Assembly: GCF_009834535.1 (NCBI RefSeq)
Contig: NC_045697.1
Span: forward strand, 18,974,001 to 19,038,000
DNA from: Camelus ferus
Lineage: Eukaryota
Length of the DNA stretch: 64,000 bases
Direction of reading: 5' to 3'
Shown: positions 26,072 to 38,547 of the stretch, piece by piece
How the letters are laid out: every line of letters starts with the position of its first letter
How positions within the stretch are numbered: position 1 is the first letter of the stretch
Program-made: the position numbers and the translations under genes
Notes under the pieces: generated by a model
What the model was told of the DNA's origin: nothing
Databases searched by the model: none
The model's input: only the letters and a program-made list of their open reading frames with translations

Positions 26072-29000
26072 ATACTCTTCAGACACCGGTCACAAACCCA
26101 GGTTATCACCTGTGCTTCTGACCAACCAGCTATAGATTGGAGGTTCCAATAACCCCCTCCTTGAGTTTGGTTAATTTGCTAGAGTGGCCCACTGAACTTA
26201 GGGTAACACATACTTACCCTTGCCAGTGTATTAAAAGATACGATAAAGGAGACAGATGAGCAGCCAGATGAGTTGCAGTGCGTCATCCTCCCAGCTTTGA
26301 CGTGTTTGCCCCCCTGGAAGCTCTTGAACCCCCTACTATTAGGATTTTATGGCGTCTTCCTCACACAGGCATGATCCATTATTAAACTCCATTTCCAGCC
26401 CCTCTCCCTCCTCTGGAGGATGGGGAGTGGGTCTGAAAATTCCAAGCTTCTAATCATGTCTTGGTCTTTCTGGTAACCAGCCTCCATCCAGGAGCCCATT
26501 CAGAGTCAGCCATCCATCCATCCACCTGTTCTCTCCTTATTCACGAGATCAACCCCTGCTGTCTCCACCCTAACCTAAGCTGTTCATGCAGTTCTTTGTC
26601 TCCTCTTTGCCACCATTCCCAATAAGAAATACAACAAAAAATTTTTTTAATTAAAAAATCTTTCCTTAAAGCCAAGTGCAAAAATGTATGTGACTTTTTG
26701 GTAGACTCAACAGTGTTAGAAAAACTGTTAATATAAAAGCTACCTAAAGATTTTCAGTGGAAAGTGGGGAAAAATTCAGACCTTTAAAAGTTTGGAGGAA
26801 AAACTTTTAAAAACTCCTTTAGACATTTAATGATTGTGAATATACTTTATTTTTTTGAGACAGTTCTGATTTCAAATATTTAGCCTCATTCTCGGACTTT
26901 ATCAACTGTTTAGGGGTTCAGAATATATTACCATCATACAGTTAAAGACATTTAATTTTAACTTGTCAGCACATTCCATAAGAATGTAAACTAATGAGGC
27001 ATTGCAAAGCTTGGGACTTACTTTAATGAATAGACTTATTTATAATTAGCACAGCCATTCTATATTTATAAATAGATGCTGTTCTTAAGTGATTAAGATC
27101 TAGAAAATGTTTGTTCTTTTAATTATTTTGTATCACTTCTCCTTAAGTTTATATTGACTTTAATTGATGAAAGGATTTGCTAATATCAAAAGATTAGCTG
27201 GCATATTTTCAGATTAATTCCATAACATAAAATAAAATGAAAGGAGATTGTACTGTAGTCATTTTTTAAATTCCTTTAATTATTAGTACATTCACAAAAT
27301 TAATTTTTAAAGTTTTTTTTTTCCTATTTTGTTTAATCACATTGAAACTCTATGGTTTTCTCTCACAGGAAAACTAGGACTAGAAGAATATGCTGTCTTT
27401 TATCCACCAAATGGTAAGAGTAATGCTATTGCTTCCTCTAGTGGGAAATAGGGAAAACTGCAACTTTTATAATAGGAATTTGACTTTCTCACTCACTGTC
27501 TTTAAGTGGATAATAATTTATCATCTTAAATAAACCTTCTATAGAATAGCCATTCTAATTAATTTTCCCATGTTTGTCGTAGGTTTGTGCTAAACTATGT
27601 ATACCCTTTCTGTATTTTCTTGAGACCAATAGTAGCATTTAGAGGAAGCTGAGTAGGCTCAGGTGCTTAGTTTTCCTCTGAAGGACTCTCACTGGTCCAT
27701 CCCGGGCCTGCCTTTTGGCTTTATTGGAGCAGTGCTGTAATGAGCGGATCGCCTTGAGTTGCACTTTATTGTTCTCATTATTTGACAACTGTGGTATTTA
27801 TAAATGAAAAGATTTGAAGAAATATATCACCAAAATAGTGTGTTTTGATTAAAATTATCAAATGTATAGTGACCTCCTTAGGTATTAAATATTTCTTTGA
27901 GATTATTAGACAGTTTTTAAGATATGCTTCTTGGAAAAGCAATATATAGCAGTCCTTATTATGATAATATTAAGTTGCACCCTGAAGAAATTATTTTACT
28001 CCAGTAGAGTTAAGAACATGGGCTTTGTAACCCTGTAGACCTGGGTTCAGAGCCCAGTTCTGCCAGTTCACCCTGTGACCTTGGGCAAGTTATGCTTCTT
28101 CGCTGAACTTCAGATTCTCCGTCTATAACATGTGGGTAACAGATGAAAGGAGACACACTGTATGAAACAGCATGGTACCTGACATGTAGTGAGTGCTCAA
28201 GAAATGCAGCTGTTACAAGTTGTGTTTAGCTTCTTTATTGACCAGCCGAGCTGAAACTCATCCTTGACTTTCATGACACTGTTCTCTCCTTGCACTTCTC
28301 AGTGTGGGTCCCAGAGTCTTTCCCAGGGCATCCACCTCTGCCTTTCTTTAAGCACTGGTGTCCCAGTGTCCCGTCCCCCCCTTGTTCTGCTGCCCTTCTT
28401 TTCATACGTTTTCCTGGGACTTCTTACTTGCTCTCTTGCTTCTGTTTGTTAATTACTCTAAAATTTATGTCTTCAATTCTGACTTCTACAGTATTTAACT
28501 CAAACTTAACATGTCTCAACCTGAACTAATTCATCTTCATATGCCCACTATTTAAAAAAGAACAAACAAAGACAAAAATTAAATAACAAAACAAAACAAA
28601 ACTCTGTCCTGTTTCTCTCTCAGTTAATGGGACTCTCATTTAACCAGTAATTCAAAGCCTAAAACCTGGTAGTCATTCTTGATTCCTTTCAGTCTTGGAC
28701 CCCTTTCATCTAATAAGTCACCAGGCTCATCCAATTTTATCTTCAAAATACATCTGGGACCCTCTCTCCCTCACCATAACTACTGCCTTACCCTCATTCA
28801 GACTATTATCTCTAGTTCATTCATTGTAGCAGATAGCTGACTAATCTTTCTTCCTCCAGTCTTTTCTAGCTTTTTGCACAATGCTGTCTGAGTTATACAT
28901 CTAAAAGGAAAACCTGAAAACTGCCATTTTTCTCCTTAAAGTTTTCTTAATGCCTCCTCATCCCTTTTAAGCAGTGTGCAAGCCTCTCAACATACTGTAA

Positions 29001-32000
29001 GAGGGCGTCTCTTGTCTCTGGCCCCTATTCAGTCTAACTCCTAGCTTCATTTCTCACCATTTCCCATCTCACTTTTTTTTTTTAATCACAGTAATATCAA
29101 ATTATTAACTCTTTACCCACACGCAGCTACATAAACACTATCATTACCTCTCCTCTTCCCGCTGGCAGTAGTCCATCCAGCCTTTCTTCACTTGGCTGTC
29201 CTCAAAGCTCAGGTCAGGCACGGTCCTCTTCAGGAAACTTTTCCTGCATCCCCAGGTTGGGTTAAGGGCCCTTTCTCTAGGGTCCCGTGGTACCTAGGGT
29301 GAAAATCTATGGTATCTCTTACTATGTTATCTTGATATTGTTTGCTTATGCTTATCTGCCCTCTACAGTGCAGGCTTCTTGAGGTTCAAGATTGTATCGT
29401 TGACTTCTATTCCTCCAGCAGCTATCTGTAGTGGGACCTTAATGAGTATTTATTTGAACTAAATTAGAGGCTTTTTAATTTAATAGTTACGTATAACCTT
29501 TGTTACATCTGTCTCCCCAGAAACTTAATTTTCATATAACTTTTTATATTTATATAAGAATCGGGAAATAAGAAAAAAATTAATACCTCTGAAAGGCCAA
29601 ATAGGATGTCCATGGACTCAAGTTCCTTCTCTCTATTCACAGGAGAGCTTTTCCAACTTCTTTGGGGATATATTAGCTTTTACTTAACATACATGTCTAA
29701 CAAACTTGGTTGCTGGTCTTTATGCCCTCAAGTGTGGAAAGAAGCTGATATAGATAGGAAAATGGCTGACAACAGAAGTGAAAATCAGAGACTTCACGAA
29801 GGAAAATAGAAAAGCTATAAAACAGCATATAAAAGCATTCCTGCAAATCAGTATGGGACCATTTTATGGAAAAGCCAGTAACCCTCCACCCTTTTAAAAA
29901 AATTTCATTGGGTTGTAACATATTATGGTAATATAAGGCTTTTTTAATGAGCTTAAGGCACCAAGAAAAAAATGCTCCTATAATAATAGTAGTAATAGTA
30001 GTTGCAGCAGTAGCCACTAACATCTTCCATGCAAAACTATAGACCAGGCAGTGTGCAAAGTACACTACACGTATTAACTCACTTAATCCTTACAAGATCC
30101 TTCCAAGGCAGCTACTAATAGATAAAGAAGCTGAGGCACAGAGCATCCACTTGCCCCGCTGGTGAGTGACAAAGGCAGGCTCTGAGGCCAAACTCTTCAA
30201 CTTCAGAAGCAATATTCTTAATCCCCATGCCCTACTCCCTCAGAAAGACGTTATTGAGTCATTATAGTGTCTTTTGGAAGAAAATTAAGTATTTAACATA
30301 TTGAAAAAGTAGATGTATACAATAGGTTCCAGAAAGAATTTCATCCAGAATAAAAATAGGTTAATGCTTAATAGGGTAAACCCACAGCTGTTCGTAAACT
30401 TAATACTTAAGAATCATTTCTTTCCTCAGGTTGTTTTAGAGCCTTACCAGGATCAGAGAGGACTCTCTTCTCTGGCAATGAGTCTGAAATTGCATAACAA
30501 GAAGAGACAAAGAGCAGTCAGTCTTCTGTCCCTTTACTCTTTCCTCAAGGCAACACTAGCAACATTTTTCTATCACCCACCCTGTTTTTCAACCCCTGCC
30601 AAAGATAGGATTACTTTGAAATCTCAGGGACACCTGTGCCACCACCACCACCACCACCAAAACTGGCCTGGCTCTCAGGTCACTGGGGCTCACACAGAGA
30701 GGTTTGCCTGTAGCTCCCTGACACACTCTCCATCCTGACCAGGCACGTGCTTACAAGGGACAGAGGTTCGCTCACTCACTTCCCCACCTGTGATCGCCTT
30801 TCCTTGGGTAGAAATAGCAGGCCACAGGGGCCAGGACATTCGAGGCCTTGTCCATGGACAGACTGTCTCTAGTAGATTCATTAAACAACTGGTGAGCAAA
30901 ATTTCTGAGCTGAAGGAGAGTCTGCCTGGGAATTTTATAAGGTTTTCCTGCTTTTATTCTTTGTCCAACATCTATAATTTGTCTTTATTCATTTAATAAA
31001 TACTTGCTGGCCTTGCTCTAGCTCCCCTTTCAGGTGAGTAGCCCACAGTAAAGGACACAGATAAAGGACCTGCTTCAGGGACCGTGCGTTCTAGTGAGGG
31101 AGACGTGCAATGAGTAGCTAATGTGAATAAATAACTGCAAATACACAGGGAGTGACGATGTGAACAGTGAAAGGGAACGGAAGTTGTTAGTGGGCAGGGA
31201 GGCAGGGGGCGCAGCTCTTGTAGACCAGGGAGTCAGGAAAGATGCCTCTGGGGCAGTAGAATGTGAACAGAGGCCAGGATCTGCAGGGAGGGGGAGGAGC
31301 ACTCCGGAGGGAATGCGCAGCACGTTCGCAGGCCTGAGGCAGGAATGGCCTCGATGATTTGAAGAACAACAAGATGGCCGGTGTGACCCACGACAGTGAG
31401 CAAAACATAAACTGGTACAAGGTGAGGGAGGAGAGGTTGACAGGGGCCTGGTCGGGTCGGGAGACAGCTGCAAGTTTCATCTGGTAAGTCCAGTGTCTGG
31501 GCTTCCTTAGAGGCAATTTCTATTAATTTTTTTCTGTTCCTGTGAATTGACTATATACTTTCTTATTTCTTTGTGTGCATAGTAATTTTGTTGTTGTTGA
31601 TAACTAGATATTTGAGTATTATAATTTTCTCCCCTCCCCAGAATTTGCTGTTATTACTTGTTGTGGGTTGTAGTTGTTTGTTTAGTGACTTTTCTAAACT
31701 ATAAAGATTACCTTCTTTTGTATTGAGTGCCCACTGAAGTCTCTGTTCTGTTAGCTCAGTGATTAGTAAGTGATTTGACAAGAGATTTCCATATGTCTGA
31801 AACCAAAAAAAAAACTTCTCCCAGTCTTTGCTGATAGGCCGTGTGAAGGGGTATTCCTTCAAGGCTTAGCCAGGCCGTTTACAGCTCTGCCTTAGCTTTC
31901 ACTTCCTGCTTGCACAGAGCCCGGAAGTCAGGCAGAAGCAAAAGCTGAAATTTTAAAAAGAAAGAAGAAGAAAAGAAAGCTGAAGGTCTTTTTTAGATTC

Positions 32001-35000
32001 CCCTGATTATAGAGGAGCTTTTCAGAGCCTTTATCCCTTTGTATACATGCTTCCCCAGTCTCCTCCTTCCCAGACTCTCCAGTCTGTCTGCTCCTCACCC
32101 CATCTGTTATCCCTTGCTGCCCTAGGTGGCTAAGGCTAATATATTTGAGGTATATATATATATATACATACACACACACACACACACACACGCAAATATA
32201 TTTTAAATGCTTTTGATCAATATCCCTGGCTGGCCACTTCAGCCGAATCCCTCAGGTCAAAACACAACCAATTTTTTGATTCAAGATCCATATTGCCCCC
32301 TTCTGGCATCAGAAAGCTGCACCAGGATTGTGGGCAGCTGTCTTTATAGCCATCAAGCTGGAAAGTAGGGGATAGTAGTGGGTAAATTAAAATACCACGA
32401 TCTTCTCTTTCCAAAATTCAGGAGCGTCCGTCTTTATTAAGTTTCCTTGATTGCTGTGAGTTTTAAAATTAGATTCCAGACTTTGAAAAAATTGATTCTA
32501 GCAGTTCTAGCCAGCTTAGCCATTTCTTTAGTGGAGGGGATGGAGTTTTATTTTTCTACTTTGTCTTCTCAGTGACATCTCTCCTCCAATTCCTGATTAA
32601 TATTTCAAAAAGATCATCCTGAATACTATGTAAAATAAAAGTGTCACTCTTAAGCTCCACGAGAACAAGGGCCTTAATAATTTTGATGACCAGCATACCT
32701 AGCACGTGGAACCATGCATGGCATCAAGTTGCTGCTTAGGAAACAGTATTGAACAAGTGAGCGAATGAATGAGGGAATGACTGTAGATAATTATAGAGGA
32801 GCAAGAATAAAAGCAAGGAGGTGAGACTTGGGAAAAACATACATAGACCTGACTGAGACTTAAATGAACATCATAATTTGCTAATACCATTTGTTTCCTC
32901 CAAGACAAAAAGAGTCATTGCTAGTGAACATTAGGGAGAGGAGTTTTAGGACTCCAGAGCAGTGGTTCTCCAGTAAGGGCAGTCCCACCCCCTGCCCCCC
33001 AGGGACAGCTGGTGATGTCTGAAGACGCATCTTGTTGTCAGAGGGCAGGGCGTACTCACCGGGATCTCATGGGTGGAGGCCAGCAATGCTGCTACACCTG
33101 CAGTGCACAGGACAGCCCTTCACAAAGACTAGGGAAGACTTAGAAGAAATGACAAAAATATATCCTTTCAAACCTGCCTTCAAGTGTCAGGTTGGTAAAC
33201 AGCAGTGTACTTTGTCAACTATATTAATAAAATAAAATTCAAAACATCTTATATTCCAAAATTCACTGCACGTGTAACTTTAGACATAAATTGAAAAGTA
33301 TGATTTTTAGATTGACAATAATGATTATGTACTAATGTCTTGGGAAATTTTAACTGCTAAAATAAAGAAACAAAGTCATATTCTGAAGTTCTAGTTCAGA
33401 AAGATAGCAGATTTGGCTAGAAAACAATTTGACCGTGGTCCTAATCCCTATATTTACTGACCTGTAGGCTACATGTGGAATGAGAATAAGCAAAGGAAAC
33501 GATCATTTCAACAAATGAATAAGCTATACTAGGTAATCCCAAATAAAAGAGTGTAAAAATTTGCTTCACCTGGAATGATGTTAAGGGGAATCGGATGTGA
33601 TGATTATGACCCAGCTACAAATGCTAAGTATTAATAGAGACGGTGTGAAGATCAGGGGAAATATTTAGCAAGTGCAAGGCATGTTTATATCTAGAGTATT
33701 TTCACAGTCATATTTACTATTTATATCTCATCTAGCTCAAGATTTTATTTTTGCTGACGATGTTTACCGTTCTGCTATATCAGAGGCCCATTAAGTCATT
33801 ACTCTATAAAGTTATTTCTATTGATTGGAGTAGGCAGTTAATATTTGAGACTTATTCAGTTAGATAAAGGATCTTAAAAGAATCACCCACAGCAGACTTG
33901 TGGAACTCTGAGGCCAGATAAGAGATGGTGTCCCAAGCATCCCACTGCCTGTTAGAAGTGCACTCTTGGATGCTGGCCAGGTGGGTGAAACTTGACCCTT
34001 GAAAGACTGAAGTGCTGTGTGGCAAAGGAAAGGATTTTGAAAAACTGGCCAAGAACATGACAACCTCTGAGATCAAAGACATGCTTTAGGTGGTATGTGC
34101 CCTAGAGAGCTAATGAATTCTTCACTGCTTCTTAAGCCTCCTACTTTTCTTTGCCAGAATCTGACTTTGTCCTTCTTCAGCAGAGCAGACAACTTACCCT
34201 TTTTTGGCATCTGAAGCCCTGGCTAATCTTGATTAAGCTGAAGTGAACTCTTATTTAATACTGACCAAAAAAACCAAAAAGATTTTCTTGGGTTTAAGCT
34301 AGTTATCTAAGCTATCACATTTAACTAGTTAAATGTGATACTCTCCCTTCTGAGAGCATAAAACAGCTCTAGTTAGTGAGCATCTGCTGTGTACTGAATA
34401 CTATGCTGGCACGCTTTAAATAAATTAACTCATTGGTGCTTTAGCACAACCCAGTGAAGTCAGTATTATTTATCTCCATTTTCAAAAGTGAAAATAGAGA
34501 CTCAGAGAGTGTTGCTAACTTTCCTGGAGACACACAGGACTGGAACTCATGTCTGTATGACTTTGTTGGCCACTTATAATTTCAACTCTGCGTTATTGAG
34601 AGCCTCCTATCCTATATGTTAATTACTTATTCATAAATAAGTCTTGTACTTTTTTATTTATAAGCCTTTATTATATTTATAAATGTTCAAATCTACATCA
34701 TTAGCAACATACATTGAGCATCTCACCTGTAGAAGAAACTATGCTGGATGCTAAAGGTAATACACAGTTTGAATTGTGGCCCTTCCGCAAAGAGCTTATG
34801 ACCTAGCTGCTTACGGAACAGCCGTAGATTTCAGAACTTGGGGGAAATGTGGTGAAAGTGTGATTAACTGTTAGTCTTCTTAATACATGCATCCCTTTTT
34901 GCTGCTTGGCAGTTCACTAATTCATTCACTATATGCTTCCTAAGGAAAAGTGCTTTGTCCTAAGGTATTCCTACACTCAAGACATCTTTATAAGTATTTG

Positions 35001-38000
35001 TAGATGAAAATTTGTAGATGAAAATTTGTAAGGTCTTCATTTCTGACTACCTTAACTTGTTTGTTCAAATGTTTCTGCAGTACTTAACAGAGGAAGAAAA
35101 AAGTGTTTTTGCAGTTAGAATATAGGGTTCTGTAATAATAGCAATCTGCTTTGAGATTTAGTGGTTAGAAAGATATAATATGTACTTATCTTTCTGCAAG
35201 GTATCAAAATATTCCTTCTGTTTATTAACTTATCTTTCTCTCTTAGCTTTTCTTTCACATGACAATGTGATTATTTTGGAAAAGTTAGAAAAGATGGACG
35301 TTTAAAATTGTTAAAAGTTTTTAATCAGTAAAGGAAACAAAATGAGGCCTCAGTTAGGGAAGATAGAAAAAGATGGGTGTTCACAAGAAGAACAAGAGAC
35401 TCAACCAAAGATAAAAACAGAGAGGGAGACTGAAGAAGAAGAATGGCCTTTGGGCCCTCCTGCTAAGTGTGCTGTTGAGCTAGAGCTGTAGCTGCAGTCT
35501 CGTTAGGAACATTGACTTTCAATATGTATCTAATCTGGTTTTGCATTTTTTTAGTTTCTAAAAAGCAAAAGATCTTTAAGTTGGAAAGAATCTTACTATT
35601 GGAAGATCCTCATATGTCCAGTTTTCTTCAAGTCTCACAAATTTTTCTGTATTTTCTCTAGACATGACTGTTAAACATAGAATTTTAAAGTTAGTTCAGA
35701 GACAATCTTAGTCCCTTTTAATGACAACCAATTACTGAAGCTCAGGAGGTTTGATGACTTTCCAAACCCAGCTGGTTTGATAAGCCCATGATGGAATCCT
35801 GATCTGACTACAGACCAGTAAATTTCATGCTGCTTCTCTATTCATCATTTACTCCTTCTTCCACCTATTCATTCATTCAGCAAATGTGCATTCATAATTA
35901 ACTACGTTCATGGTATCATGAAATGCATACAAAGATGAATAAAACACATTTCCTGTCCTCTGCAGCAATTCATTCAACAGCTAATTATAAAGCAAAATAT
36001 AGTGGAAGGATAGTGATGGAAATATGAACAAAGTGCCATGAGAATGCAGAAGAATGAGCACTTAATTATGACTAAGAGGTTAAGGGATGTTTCTCTGAGA
36101 TTGTACTTGTCCTTAGCAAGGTTTTGATAGAAATTAAAGCATTTCAGGATACAGAATTATCAAGTTCAAAGCTACCAAAGTATGAAAGTGCATGATGCAT
36201 TCTGGTGATGGTGAGTAATGCAGTGTAGCTGCACCACAGTAGGTGTAGAGTCAGGATGACAAAGGGGAGGCAGATATATCTCAAGGTGCCGTCATGAATG
36301 GTTAAGACCAGATGAAAGGCTTTGGATTTCACTCTGTGGACACTTAACCTATATTACAAGGCTGGAATGTGAATTCCACAACTACAGAGAACATGTCACA
36401 TTCATTTTAATATCTCCAGAAGCTGCAGGGTAGGTTTTCAAACATTGGTTGATTGGGTGAGTAGGAACTCAGCAAATATTTGGTGGGTGGATGAATGGTC
36501 AGTAAAGGTATTTTTCATGGTCTCATCAACATTTTAGAAGATAACCTGACCCATTACGAAAGTTGGTTGGAGGGCAGAGTCTGGGGAAAGAGACACCAAT
36601 TAGGAGACTCTTGCAGGAACATAGGTAAGAGTTTATCAGAGCCTGAACTCAGGCCCTGGAAGTAGGAAGGAAATGAACAGTTAAAAAATGGTATCAGTAA
36701 GTCCTCTAGGGCTTCATGTATTCATTCCACAAACATTTAATGAGGACCTATTAAATTCTGGGCATTATACTTGCCTCTGGGGATAGAAATAAATAAGGAA
36801 TAGTTTTGTACTCAAGGGATTTATTCCATTGGAAGAAAGAAAAGTGATTATAATACAGTGTATAAGAGAAGGAAAAAGATCATTTGTTAAGTACCGACTT
36901 TGCATCAAGTGTTGTGCTGGGCACATAACATACATCTTCTTATTTAATCCTCACAACCTCATTGGTATTGTTCTCACTTTATACCTGAAGGCAAGTCTGT
37001 TCCTAACTTTCTCAGGGTACAGGGCAGGAGTACAATTGAAAGTCCACCTACTATAAGTCTAGATTTTTTTAAAGTTCTAAACCAGACTGATGAACTGATA
37101 AGTAAAGTCTACTTTGTTTTCTTGTCTTGACAAATGTACCTTTAAGCAATCTGGATGACCAGGTTCAAATTCAGAATTCTTAGACTCCTCAGCAGTCCCC
37201 AGCTGGTGGTACCCGCACTCACTCCTCACCCGTGGTGGCTCCACCCCACACCCAGACAGCCTTCATGCATGTGGACCCTCTACCTGCAGGTCCAAGCTCT
37301 GTTCACATCTTCCACAACTAGCCACCCTTTGGCCACCTCTCCATCCTGAAGACATGCACCCATCAGGAAGGTAGCTCCACCGAAGAGGCCATGAGAACCG
37401 GGAAGCTGACTTAGGGCCTCTGGGCTGGGAATTTCAGAGTCTAGGTATCTGGGTGTGGTCTGGAAGGAGGGACATGGACTCTGGGTGAGGGATATAGTCA
37501 GAGGAAAGTCAGAGCAGGGCCCTTACTCCAAGCCCCTCTGCCTTGGCCTAAGAGCAGTTCTGGATGAAGAAACAGGTTAAGTACCTGACCCAGTCGTACA
37601 CGGGTAGAAAGTGGAGCCAGAATTGTGCAGGACTGTCTCTGCGTACAGAGGACGGGGTACCTCAGTCAGCCAGGGCAAATCAGGTGGCACAGCATACTGA
37701 TTAATATAGTTTGAAATCTCAAAGGGGTGGGGCTGGACAGCACTGGAGGTGGAGGGCAGCTCTGCCTGCAGCCCTTGTCCTCAGCCCTAGAGGCGGAAGG
37801 GGTGGCCGTCAGTTTGGCAGGATTAGAGTTGTGCTCGTGGGATGGGGGAGAAAAATGAAACTGCTGATGTTAGATTGTGGTCAAGTCCTGAAGAGTTAAG
37901 TATTCTTTATCCTAAAGGGACAGGAAAGGAACACAATCATATTTAGGTACAAGAGCTGAGGGAAAACTAGGAAGCAAAGATGGAGGCACAGGAAACTGGG

Positions 38001-38497
38001 CTTTTCCTGTTTGAATTACGGGTTAATAATGAGAACACCGGTGGAAGAAGGGAGGAAACAAGGATGACAGAGTCTTGGAAGGTGGCTACACTTAAGGGGT
38101 GGGTAGCATAACTAGCCCCAAACACAACAGAACACAAGCAAAAACCGAGCAGCAGAAGCTTCTGAGAGGCAGGGAGCCTGACCTGCGCAGCGTCACCAGG
38201 CCCTGATGGGCTCACGTCTGAGAAGGGCCTTTCAGTGGCTGTGGGGCCAGGACACACACACAGAGGAGACCCCTGGATTCAGCATCAGATCGGGGTCAGA
38301 GAGGTGGAAACCAGCTTATAAGGAATTGGGGATATATAATGAGGAAGAAAAGAAAGTTAATTTAGTTTGTTTTTTAAAAATTAAGCCTGGCTTCAAAAGA
38401 AGGAGAGAGATTAGAGATTTGTTTCATGGAAAAGTAAGGTCCAGGGAAGAACAGGAACAAATCCTCCTCCTCCTCTTCATTATTTATTTTATTATTA

Positions 38498-38547
<50 letters not shown>

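Noticed and set aside
30313..30738. 141-aa ORF containing HHHHHH
   Set aside because: The His run comes from a short (CAC)n repeat, and the frame is not in phase with the upstream TBC1D19 exon at the 30429 acceptor.
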